The notes under the pieces were generated by a model. It saw nothing but the letters and a program-made list of their open reading frames with translations, was not told the origin of the DNA and searched no databases. From the NCBI GenBank assembly GCA_046329515.1, contig JAXLUM010000003.1, positions 9,606-73,605 of the forward strand: DNA of 64,000 bases. The letters run 5' to 3'. This document shows, in pieces, positions 18,495 to 29,500 of the stretch. The first letter of the stretch is position 1, and every line of letters starts with the position of its first letter. The DNA comes from Chitinophagales bacterium (GTDB lineage: Bacteria > Bacteroidota > Bacteroidia > Chitinophagales > LD1). A program made the position numbers and the translations under genes.

Positions 18495-18980
18495 CTAACT
18501 CTTTTTACTCTTAAACAGCCCCACTAATTCGCCTTCAGCAAGTATGTGACCCTTCATGGCATCTTCTACTGTTTTTTTATCCGCACCGGCTTTTACATCC
18601 AGCATAGTATCTAACGCATATACCTTAAAGTGGTAATGGTGCGTGCCCCCTGGCGGGCAAGGCCCGGTATAAGCATTTTGCCCGGCTCCGTTTTTACCGG
18701 CAACACCCGGCTGGCTGTTGGCCGCAATAGTTTGCGCTACGGGTATGTTCCAAAGCACCCAATGGTCGAAGGTGCCATGTGGTGCATCGGGGTCGTCAAC
18801 AATTAAGGCCAGGCACTTAGCATCCTTAGGTATACCGACTATGTTAAGTTCGGGGCTGGTGTTTTCGCCATGGCAACTGTATTTGTCCGGTATGTAATCG
18901 TTGCTTTTAAAAGCGGGGCTACTAACGGTTAAGTTGCCTTTATTCAGCAGGGTAAGTAGTAACAATGTAATAAAATTCAT
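18495..18980 (-). CDS. YbhB/YbcL family Raf-kinase-inhibitor-like (PEBP) protein
   Basis: DDPDAPHGTFDHWVLWNIP and GPCPPGGTHHYHFKVYALD motifs. Signal peptide. Confidence 0.85.
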   Translation of the reverse strand: MNFITLLLLTLLNKGNLTVSSPAFKSNDYIPDKYSCHGENTSPELNIVGIPKDAKCLALIVDDPDAPHGTFDHWVLWNIPVAQTIAANSQPGVAGKNGAGQNAYTGPCPPGGTHHYHFKVYALDTMLDVKAGADKKTVEDAMKGHILAEGELVGLFKSKKS

Positions 18981-18991
18981 TATAAAATAAT

Positions 18992-19189
18992 TTAAAGCGA
19001 TACCGAAAAGTCGTTCATCAATTTAATTAAATCATCACGCTTTTTACCAGTGCGTTTCTGCAAGCGGTCAAGCAACTCCTCCTCGTTTCCTTCCTTGTAA
19101 ACCAAATCATCTTCGGTTAAGGCAGGGTGCGATTTTTGAAGTTTGGGCTTTACGGTGCCCCAGTGGTCCTTAATGTGTAAGTGTTGCAT
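18992..19189 (-). CDS. CsbD-like general stress protein
   Basis: Small protein with W..VK.K...H..LTEDDL.Y.EG..EEL.DRLQKRTGKKRDD. The ATG at 19189 is preferred over the TTG at 19210. Confidence 0.55.
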   Translation of the reverse strand: MQHLHIKDHWGTVKPKLQKSHPALTEDDLVYKEGNEEELLDRLQKRTGKKRDDLIKLMNDFSVSL

Positions 19190-19395
19190 AGCCTTCGGTT
19201 TTGGCTTCAACAGCCTATAACGGTAAAAATGGTGCCGTATTTTGCTGCTGGGGCAAAGCGTTTATGTGTAGAGGTTTTGCCCTGCATATGGGGATTTACT
19301 TACCCTGTTTCCCGCTTTTTAACAAAGAAAACCCCGTCTTTAAACTGGCATCATTTTTCCGCCCTGTAAAGGTACACAAACAAAACCCGGGTGTT

Positions 19396-19719
19396 ATGGC
19401 ATTGGAAATTGAACCACAGGACTACCAGTTTTTACTCTGCTCCATAAAGTTTTGTAACCACATTGATGAGTACAAAAGCATACTTAACCTGGACTTTAAT
19501 ACGGTAGAGGAGTTTAAGAACGACCACGAAATACTGATTCATGTGTTTGACAATGCGCAAAGGTTTGCTTCGTGTGCGGAAAGTTTTGTGCGTTTTCAGG
19601 TGGGTAATATCCGCGAACATTTTATTAATCTTTCAGAGGATTGTAAACGCAGCCGCCATTACACAATTGAAATAGGAGTGAAGCTGGGCATTGAGCCTTA
19701 TGCCTTCCACTACAATTAA
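19396..19719 (+). CDS. Hypothetical protein (107 aa if ATG 19396 is used)
   Basis: ORF only. The upstream part of the track ORF overlaps the CsbD-like gene and is Cys/Phe-rich nonsense. Confidence 0.35.
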   Translation: MALEIEPQDYQFLLCSIKFCNHIDEYKSILNLDFNTVEEFKNDHEILIHVFDNAQRFASCAESFVRFQVGNIREHFINLSEDCKRSRHYTIEIGVKLGIEPYAFHYN

Positions 19720-19774
19720 TTTGTTTCAAAATATCTTCTAACAATTATCTTCATCCGCATTAATGTTATAGCGG

Positions 19775-21208
19775 ATGACCAGGGATGAATGGATAAAATT
19801 AACGGCCATTGCAGGTGCAGGCAGTCTGCTGCCGCACAGGGCGCTTTCGCAATTACTACTGCAGGAAGCCGCAATTAAACGCAGCGATTTTGGAGATGAT
19901 TTTATTTGGGGTACCGCCACAGCCAGCTACCAGATAGAGGGTGGCTGGAATGAGGACGGCAAAGGGGAATCGAACTGGGACCATTTTGTACACCACACGC
20001 ATAAGGTAGACCGGCATGAAACAGGTGATGTGGCGGATGACTTTTACCACCGCTATGAGGCCGACCTTGCTTTAATGAAGCAAATGCATATTCCGGCATT
20101 TCGCTTTTCGCTTAGCTGGCCGCGCATTTTGCCTAATGGTTCAACCACAGTAAACAGTAAAGGAGTTGACTTTTATAACCGCGTAATTGATAGTTGCCTT
20201 AACAAGGGCATTACTCCCTGGATAACCTGTTACCATTGGGATATGCCCCAAACGCTTGAAGCCAAAGGTGGTTGGAGAAACCGCGATATACTTGGCCGCT
20301 TTGAAGAATATGTGGACGTTTGCGCCAAAAATTTTGGCGACCGCGTTAAGAACTGGATGGTGTTGAATGAACCCTTATCGTACACCGTAGGCGGTTATTT
20401 AGTGGGCATTCACCCGCCCGGTAAATTTGGGTTTAAAAGTTTTTATAAGGCAGTGCATAATGTAACGCTTAGCCAGGCCATAGGTGGCCGCGTTTTGCGC
20501 AGCGGTGTAAAGGATGCAAACATTGGCACTACTTACTCCTGCATACCCATATACCCGTTGAAGGACAAGCCCGCTAATGTTGAAGCAGCCAAACGGGTAG
20601 ATGCCATATGCAATCGCCTTTTTATTGAGCCGGTGTTGGGAATGGGTTACCCTGTAAAAGATTTACCTGCACTTAAGCATGTAGAAAAGTATATGCAGGC
20701 AGGCGATGAAGAGAAAGTAAAATTCGACTTTGATTTTATTGGCTTGCAGAATTACACGCGCTGGGTAGTTAAAAACTTTCCCTTGCTGCCCATGGTGCAT
20801 GCGCTGAATATTAAACCAAAAAAGTTGAGTGATGACCTGACGGAAATGGGTTGGGAGATTTACCCTGAAGGTATGTACCGCATTATTAAACAGTTTGCGG
20901 AATATAAAGCCGTAAAGAAAATAGTGCTGACGGAAAGCGGTGTGGCGGTAAAAGATGAATTGGTGAACGGTGAGATAAACGATGTGCGCCGCGTAAAATA
21001 TGTACAGGATTATTTAAAGCAGGTGTTACGCGCCAAAAAGGAAGGCGTAAACCTGGGCGGTTATTTTATCTGGAGTTTCATGGATAACTTTGAATGGGCT
21101 GAAGGTTACCGCCCAACGCTGGGTATTGTAGGGGTTGATTATAAAACCCAACAGCGAACCGTTAAGGCCAGCGGTAAATGGTATAGCGATTTTTTATCAG
21201 GTAAATAA
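19775..21208 (+). CDS. GH1 beta-glucosidase
   Basis: FIWGTATASYQIEGGWNEDGKG. Acid/base LNEP. Nucleophile region LTESG. C-terminal FIWSFMDNFEWAEGY. Confidence 0.92.
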   Translation: MTRDEWIKLTAIAGAGSLLPHRALSQLLLQEAAIKRSDFGDDFIWGTATASYQIEGGWNEDGKGESNWDHFVHHTHKVDRHETGDVADDFYHRYEADLALMKQMHIPAFRFSLSWPRILPNGSTTVNSKGVDFYNRVIDSCLNKGITPWITCYHWDMPQTLEAKGGWRNRDILGRFEEYVDVCAKNFGDRVKNWMVLNEPLSYTVGGYLVGIHPPGKFGFKSFYKAVHNVTLSQAIGGRVLRSGVKDANIGTTYSCIPIYPLKDKPANVEAAKRVDAICNRLFIEPVLGMGYPVKDLPALKHVEKYMQAGDEEKVKFDFDFIGLQNYTRWVVKNFPLLPMVHALNIKPKKLSDDLTEMGWEIYPEGMYRIIKQFAEYKAVKKIVLTESGVAVKDELVNGEINDVRRVKYVQDYLKQVLRAKKEGVNLGGYFIWSFMDNFEWAEGYRPTLGIVGVDYKTQQRTVKASGKWYSDFLSGK

Positions 21209-21213
21209 ACAGC

Positions 21214-21987
21214 ATGAAGTACACCTTAATAACCGGTGCAAGTAAAGGATTGGGAAAAGCGTTTGCGTATGATTGTGCTAAGCGAGGAATGAATTTGCTG
21301 CTGGTAGCGCGCAGCTCTCATTTGTTGGAACCCCTTGCTGCTGATTTAAAACAGAAACATGCAATTGAGGTGCACACCTTTAGTTGCGATTTGCTGGACC
21401 ACGTAGCCTACCGCAAAATATTTGATTGGGTAAAGGAAAACGGCTTTGCAGTAAACATGCTGGTAAATAATGCGGGTATGGGCTTTTACGGCCAGTTTGA
21501 TGAGCAGCCTTTAGACAAACACCTGCAGGTAATGCACCTTAACATGGATGCTATGGTTAAAGTAGCGCATGAGTTTTTGGTAAGCACCGATGCTGCACAA
21601 CAGCGCTATATATTAAATGTAGTTAGCATGGGTGGTTTTTTGCCTGTGCCCTATATGGCCATTTATGCCGCCTCAAAAGCATTTATGCTGTCGTTCAGTA
21701 AATCATTACGGTACGAGTTAAAACAGAAGAAGGTAAACGTTACTGCCCTTTGCCCGGGCGGAGTGGACACCGAATTTTTCGGCCCTGCACAAATGGAAAC
21801 CATTGCCAAGAAAACCGCTAACCTTATGATGACTGCCGAAGAAGTGGCCAAAGAAGGTATTGATGCACTACTTGCCAATAAAATGGAAGTAGTGCCCGGC
21901 TTTACGAATAAAATCGGGGCGTTTGCCTCCAAGATGGCTCCTGATAGTTTGGTTATTTCGCAGGCGGGGCGCTTATATAAACCTTAA
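21214..21987 (+). CDS. SDR family oxidoreductase
   Basis: TGASKGLGKAFA Rossmann motif, NNAG, and YAASK (YxxxK). Confidence 0.88.
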   Translation: MKYTLITGASKGLGKAFAYDCAKRGMNLLLVARSSHLLEPLAADLKQKHAIEVHTFSCDLLDHVAYRKIFDWVKENGFAVNMLVNNAGMGFYGQFDEQPLDKHLQVMHLNMDAMVKVAHEFLVSTDAAQQRYILNVVSMGGFLPVPYMAIYAASKAFMLSFSKSLRYELKQKKVNVTALCPGGVDTEFFGPAQMETIAKKTANLMMTAEEVAKEGIDALLANKMEVVPGFTNKIGAFASKMAPDSLVISQAGRLYKP

Positions 21988-23054
21988 TTGCTTTCAACTT
22001 CGCAATTGCCCTGCAGGCTCATAATCCATTTGGCAATAAGGGCTACGCCATCAATATCAACCATGGTCCTTCCCATCTGTGGCATTTTAACGCCTAATTC
22101 TGTTGATGCTACTCGGCACATAATAATTGATTCGCCGGGTTTGCCGGGCACAATGTCAACGCGCAGGTTGCACGAGCCTTTACCCGCTGAAGGCGGAGAT
22201 TTACACAGGCCATAGGTTTCCATGTTATGGTTATCGTAATTAAGAAATAGCCCTGAAACATAAGCAGGGCCTTTGGGGTTATGGCAGTGCGCACAGTTGG
22301 CATCAAGGTAGGCGCGGGTGCGGTCATCAAGGCTATTCGAAGTATCTCTCCAATTAACGTATTTAATACCGCTACTGTAATCATCGGCCAGCAGGCCGCT
22401 TTCCTTCCAATAAGTAAGTTGGTTTTTTGGTGATGCTAAATAGTCAGCAGTTGTATTAAGGTTACCTGCTTTTACTCCTATTGGCGTAATGTGGTTGCCG
22501 TACCAGTGGCAGCCCTTACATTGGTTTTTGTTGGCTACTACAAAGTCTGCATGCATGTTGCTGCCTTTTTCATTCAACCAGTCTATAGCTTTAATATCGC
22601 CTATATCTGTTTTAAGGGCATCGGTTTGGTCCTCATTCCAAAGGTAGGTTACAGCCTGCCAGCCATCAGCGCCGTTTAATAAAAGCTGGGTTTCTATTAA
22701 GTGTTTTTCGGTGGAAGAAGTTTTTGGATTATTGGGATAGTAAATAACATTAATAAGGCAGCTACCCTGTGGCAGGCTAAGCAATTGTGTACTATCAAAG
22801 GAAAGTTTGGCCCCCTGCGGTACATACATAAAGCATTTGCGCAGGCTGTAATCAGTAAACACACTGTTTACCATGTTGTAGGGCAACACTCCGTTGTTGG
22901 GTTTCAGCTCTTTTAAGTCGCCGGTAAAAAAGCCGTATTCCGAAAGTTTTTCGAAAGCTGTGCCGGCTGGCGGCAATTGTACGGTTTGCGGGCTGCGGGT
23001 TTTACATGCCGAGATAAAAACCAGGGCCAGCAACAAAAAGCGGGGGTATTTCAT
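21984..23054 (-). CDS. Putative diheme c-type cytochrome lipoprotein
   Basis: Lipobox LVFISAC. Two CxxCH motifs (CKGCH, CAHCH). Confidence 0.65.
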   Translation of the reverse strand: MKYPRFLLLALVFISACKTRSPQTVQLPPAGTAFEKLSEYGFFTGDLKELKPNNGVLPYNMVNSVFTDYSLRKCFMYVPQGAKLSFDSTQLLSLPQGSCLINVIYYPNNPKTSSTEKHLIETQLLLNGADGWQAVTYLWNEDQTDALKTDIGDIKAIDWLNEKGSNMHADFVVANKNQCKGCHWYGNHITPIGVKAGNLNTTADYLASPKNQLTYWKESGLLADDYSSGIKYVNWRDTSNSLDDRTRAYLDANCAHCHNPKGPAYVSGLFLNYDNHNMETYGLCKSPPSAGKGSCNLRVDIVPGKPGESIIMCRVASTELGVKMPQMGRTMVDIDGVALIAKWIMSLQGNCEVESN

Positions 23055-23500
23055 AGCAACTACTTTGGGCCGTAAAGTATGGGTGCGTTGCTCAGAATAA
23101 CTATGATATTGGTCAAATACTCAATTCAGAACTTGTAAAGAACCATTCGCAACTTGTAAGGTTCTTGTCGCTTCTTATTGAATGCCGTTTTTAGGGAAAA
23201 ATCAAGAATTGTTCTCCATTTCATACAATATACTTAATTTGAAAAAGGGAAATATGTAGCTGTTAATCAGTTAAAAGCGCAGCGTAATTTTCGATGGCCA
23301 TCCCTTTAAACGGGTATATGCAGGACAATTAATCTCTATACGGTCTTATTTCCGAAAATCATGAAGACTATTCTGCATTGTTCCCTTCTCTAATTTCACA
23401 TAGTTTTAAAAAACTAATAAAACTTAAGCAACATTAAATAAACAACGCTTGCCCGAAGCGTTGGTAGACCCCTAATTATTACCTGATATTAAACAGTTTT

Positions 23501-26500
23501 ATGACAAAACTTAAACACTTTGGCAAAGCAAAGTTGGCCCTCTTGTCGGCTCTTTGTTTCTTAAGCATTACGGCGGCACAAGCCCAGGTTACCAAAACGG
23601 TAGGCGGTACCGGTGGCGCTGATTATGCAACCATTTCGGCCGCTTTTACGGCAATTAACAGCGGTTTAATTACCGGTAACATTACGCTTAATGTTATTTC
23701 AAGCACTACTGAGCCGGCAACACCTGTGCAGTTAAATGCCAGTACCGTAGGCAGTGCAAGCTATACCTCGGTATTAATTAAACCTACTGCTACTGCAACC
23801 ATTAACTCGGCAGCTTCACCAACCAGCGGTAAGGGTGTTATTGAGTTTTGCGGTGCAGATAATGTAACTATTGATGGTGCCATTGCAGCCGGCGGCAGCA
23901 CGCAGGACCTTACTATTGCCATAGCCGGTATAAACGTCACCCAGGCGGCAATTCGTTTAGCGGGGGGAACTACTTCACCTGCTTTTGGTTGCAATAACAT
24001 TACCATTAAAAACTGTAAAATAGTAGGTAATGCAACAGGCACAACCTTTACGGGCGTATTTGGTATTGCAGCAGCCAGCGGCTATTCTTCAACCACCAAC
24101 ACCAGTACGTTCAGCTCAGCCGGTACTTCAGCCGACCCCGATAACCTGACCATTACCAATAACCTTATTACAAAGTGTTATACCGGTATTTACGTTAAAG
24201 CTACCAGCGGTAACCTTGCTGATAACCTTGTTATAAAGGGAAATACTATAGGCAGCGCTACATCGGGCAGCGAGGTTTTATTCCGCGGTATTGATGTGCA
24301 ATACACCAGCACAACGGCTAATGCCGGTGGTGTTATTGATGGTAACGATATTCAGGTAAAGCAATCGACCGCCCTTATTGATATAGCAGGTATACAATTG
24401 TCAAACTGCACCAATACCATTGTGCGCGGTAATAAACTGCACGATATTATTAATGCTAATACCAGCGGTTATGGCGCTTACGGTATCTACCTGATTGTCG
24501 CTAATAGCGGTGTTGAAATAAGCAACAACTTTATTTATAATATTCTTGGATACCGTTGGAGTAGCACAGCGCCACCAACTATGAGCACCGGCGGCCCCGA
24601 CCATGCTATAGGCGTTAACCTGGAAGTAGCTACCAATACCAAAATATGGAGTAATACAATTAACTTATATGGCGCCATTCCGGGTACCAGTAACAGTGTA
24701 TCAGCCGACATTGCCTTGCTATCCAACACTAGTGTAACAGGTACTGATATTCGTAATAACGTATTGGTAAATACGCAAACTACTTCTACCAGCAGCCGTG
24801 TGGTAGCGGTTTATGCAGTAAGTGGTGTTACCTTTACGCAATCTAATTACAATATTTACTGGGTTGGCGCTACGGCAGGTACTGCACCTTATTTTGTTGG
24901 CCTTTTAGGTACTGATAGAACTAATCTCGCAGCATGGCAAGGCGCAACTACTAAAGATGGTAACTCTTTAATGGCTGACCCTTTACTGGTTTCGTCTACT
25001 AATTTGCATATAACCAGCAGCAGCTCGCCTGCAAAGGCGGCGGGCTCAAACCCGGGTGTGTATGTTGACTATGACGCACAAACACGCGGTACAAGCTGCG
25101 ATATAGGTGCCGATGAATTTTCACCTACTTGTTTTGCAACCGGCCCGGTTAGCGTAAGTGGTATTACTCAATTTGCTGCTAACCTAAGCTGGTCAGCCGC
25201 TAACACGGCACCTTCTAACGGTTATGATATTTATTATTCTACTTCAAGCACTGCACCTACAGGCGCCACTACACCAAGCTTTAGCGGCGTTAGTGGTTTA
25301 ACGCAGGGCTTAAGCGGTTTAACCCCTTCTACTTTATATTACGTTTGGATTCGTTCGAACTGCGGTGGCACACAAAGCACCTGGAGCGGCCCAACCCAGT
25401 TTACTTCTTTGGCTAACCCTTGCGTAACGCCAACAGCTAACACTGCGGGTCCGTTAACCTATGGTACAGTAACCAGCACTTCTATACCGGTAACTTCTTT
25501 CCCTGCGGCTTCGCCTGCAGCCGATGGATACCTGGTAGTTTACAGCACCAGCAGTACGCTTTCAAGCGGCCCTGTTGATGGAACTACGTATGCAGCCGGC
25601 AACGCCTTAGGTGGCGGAACAGTGGTTCAGGCAAATGCTACAACGGCGTTCACTATATCATCGCTTAGCGCTAATACGTTATATTATATTTTTATTTACA
25701 GCTATAATAACAGCGGCTGTTCAGGCGGTCCTAAATATTTTGCAACAGCTTACAGCACAAGTAAACTTACCTGTGCAGCAGCTGCTACAGCATTAGCCGG
25801 CACCGCCACCGGCCAAACAACTGCAACCATAACATGGACCAACCCTACAGGTGCCAGCAGTTGGTTATTGGAATATAAACCAACCAGCGGCAGTACCTGG
25901 ACTACCGCATCACCGGCACCTACCGGCAGCCCTTACAGCCTTACCGGCTTAAGCGCTTCAACTACATACGATATACGTTTAACGGCCAGCAATGCCAGTT
26001 GCGGTACCTTAGTTACTACTACAAGCGCTTTTACTACTGTATGTGGCGCTGTAGCTGCGGGTTGGAGCGAAGGCTTTGAAACCGTAACACCGGGTTCAGG
26101 CGCAGGCACAGGCACCTACTTACCAAACTGTTGGTCAGAAATTGGTGATTGGACAAGTGCTACAGGAACGGTAAGCACCTACCGCAAACCACGCACCGGT
26201 AACCAGTTTATTTATACGCAATGGAGTGCTGATGACTGGTTATTTAGTCCGCTAACTACTTTAACCGGCGGCGTTAGTTACGACTTTACCTACTATTATA
26301 TTGCCGACAATAACGGCGGTAGCGGTACAACAGCTTTTGCTACCGAATTAAAATACGGTACAGCACAAACAGCAGCCGGCATGACCAATGCTATTACTAC
26401 GCTTACTAACGTTGGTACTACCAGCACCTTTGTAAAAGTTACCGGCACATTTACACCGGCAACTACCGGCGATTACACTGTAGGTATACACGTATTTGTA

Positions 26501-29500
26501 AACTCAGTTACGCCTAACTACATAAGCTTTGATGATATTTCGCTTACGCAAACACCACCTTGCCCAACAGCACCAACTATAGGCACTATAACCACTACCT
26601 CAACCACAGCAACAGTACCGTTTACCTGTACCAGTTGTGCAGGTACGTTTATTGCTGAATACAGCACCTCATCGGGCTTTACACCCGGCACCGGTGCTAC
26701 AGCTGGTGGCGGTACAGTAACTTCTCCTGTAAGCAGCACACCTATTACCATTAACGGCCTTAGCCCAAATACTACGTATTATGTATATCTGCGTAATAAC
26801 TGTAGCGGCGCTTTCTACAGCCCTAATTCAACTGTAGCATCATTTACCACACCTTGCGCTCCTGTGGCTGTTGGTTGGACTGAAGGTTTTGAAACCGTAA
26901 CGCCGGGTTCAGGCGCAGGCACCGGAACTTATTTACCTACCTGTTGGTCAGAAATTGGTGATTGGACCAGCGCAACAGGCGTAGTAAGTACATACCGCCA
27001 GCCGCGTACGGGCAACCAGTTTATTTATACCAACTGGACCGCTGATGACTGGTTATTTACAGCACCAACAACCTTAACCGCAGGTGTAAGCTATGATTTT
27101 ACGTACTATTATATAGTTGATAATAATGCCGGTACCGGTACTTCAGCTTTCTCAACCGAGTTAAAATACGGCACAGCGCAAACGGTAGCCGGTATGACCA
27201 ATACCATTACCACCCTGGCTAACGTTGCAACAACAAGTACGTATACCAAGGTTACGCAAAGCTTTACACCATCGGTTAGCGGCGATTATTCAATAGGCAT
27301 ACACGTTTATGTAAACTCAACAACGCCTAACTATTTCAGCTTCGATGATATTTCATTAAGCGTAACACCGGCATGTTCATTGGCACCAACACCGGGCACA
27401 ATAACAACCACACCTGTTTCGGCTACTATACCGTTTACATGTTCAGCTTGCACTGGTACGTTTATAGCCGAATACAGCACAACCTCGGGCTTTACACCGG
27501 GCACCGGCGCTACAGCAGGTGGTGGTACAGTAACCACACCGGTTAGCAGTTCGCCAATAAGCCTTAGCAGCTTATCACCTAATACAACCTATTATGTTTA
27601 CCTGCGCAATAACTGTTCGGGGTCTACGTACTCACCAAATTCTTCGGTATTCAGCTTTACTACACCTTGTGTAGCGGCAAACGTACCATACAGCGAAAGC
27701 TTTGATTTGGTTACACAACCTGCATTGCCAAGCTGTTATTCAATAGAGAACACTAATGCCGATGCAAACGTTTGGAAGACATGTACAAGCACAAGCCTTG
27801 GTAACCTAACTGCCGTAACACCTCGTTCGGGCACTAACCAAATGGGTATAGCCTACAACACCGGTGCAGCTATGAATGACTGGTTCTTCCTGCCACAATT
27901 AAACTTAACCGGTGGTACTTCTTACCGTTTAACATTCTGGGCACGAGGTTACACCGGCTTAACTGAGCAGTTAGAAGTAAAGTACGGAACAGCAGCTTCT
28001 TCAGCATCTATGACCAGCGGCACCATTCTTTCAACTATAAGTATTGTTGGCGGTGGTGTATATACACAGTATACAGCAGACTTTATACCGGCTTCAAGCG
28101 GCACCTATAACATAGGTTTCCATGGTTTATCAGCCTCTAACCAATGGTATCTGTTTGTGGATGATATTGCCGTTAATTTAACGCCGGCATGTCCTACAAC
28201 ACCAACTATAGGTACACCGGCCGTTACTGCAACTTCAGCAACGCTGCCGTTTACCTGCACCAGTTGCAGCGGTACGTTTATTGCTGAATACAGTACATCA
28301 TCGGGCTTTACACCGGGCACCGGCGCAACAGCGGGTGGCGGTACTGTTACTGCACCGGTAAGCGGCACGCCAATAACCATTAGCGGTTTAACGCCAAACA
28401 CTACCTACTATGCCTATGTGCGCAATAACTGTAGTGGTTCTAATTACAGCGCTAACTCATCTGTAGTAAGCTTTACCACTTATTTAGATTGTTCTACAGC
28501 CACACCGCTTAGTTGTGGTGTAGCAGGCAGCTATAGCGTGGCAGGCGCAACAGGCGCAACGGCTTATAACTTCTCAGGTACCAGCCCTAACAACAGTTGC
28601 GGTAACGCTACCCCGGGCCCTGAGCAGTTCTTCTCATTTACACCGGCAGTTACCGGCCCTTATAAATTCGACGGTGTTAAAACCGGTACCGCTAATGTTA
28701 GCACATTGTATAAAGATGCCAGTTTAGGTTGCGGCCCTACAGGTTGGACCTGCCTTGGTATAATTAATAACGGTGGTTTCAGCAACACTATTACTTTAAC
28801 CGGCGGTGTTACCTACCTTATTATTGTAGATAATCAATCAGCAGTTAACAGCGCAACCGGTACAATAACTGTTACCTGCCCATGTTCAGGTACACCTAAT
28901 GCGGGCACCATAACACAAACCAGCCCGCAATATTTCTGCGGCACTACATCTACTGTTACTTTAAATGCAACCGGCTTAAGTACTACCCCGGGCATTAGTT
29001 ACCAGTGGGAGGAGAGTGACGATAATGGTGTAAGCGACCCATGGGCCAACGCCGTAGGCGGCAGTGGTGCAACTACAGCCAACTATACTTCACCGGCTAT
29101 TACCAAAACGCTTTACTACCGCTTAAAGTCTACCTGCAGCACTTCGGGTCTTTCAGCAACAACGGCTCCGTTCCAGGCTATACAAAATGCTAACCCAACA
29201 GTAAGTATTACACCTTCGGTAAGCAGCGTATGTTCAGGTGTGGGTACATCAGTTACATTATCTGCTACTCCTTCAACAGGTGCTACGTATTCATGGAGCA
29301 ACTCATTGGGCTCAACTCAATCAGTTTCTGTAGTTCCATCTATTACTTCTACTTATACTGTTTCAGCTACTGTTACTGCAACCACCTGTTCGGCTACGGC
29401 ATCAACCACTATTACGGTTAATCCTGCTCCACCGGTTACAACCGGCGCTTCAGTTTGCCCCGGCGGTAGCGCAACCATTTCAACATCCAGTACCTGTAGC

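Noticed and set aside
19201-19395. N-terminal 65 codons of the track ORF 19201-19719
   Set aside because: This part overlaps the CsbD-like gene start region on the other strand and translates to Cys/Phe-rich, non-protein-like sequence. A shorter ORF from 19396 is kept, at low confidence.
20925-20940. GH1 nucleophile motif reads TESG instead of the usual TENG
   Set aside because: The catalytic Glu is retained and only the following Asn is replaced by Ser, so this gives no grounds to call the enzyme inactive.
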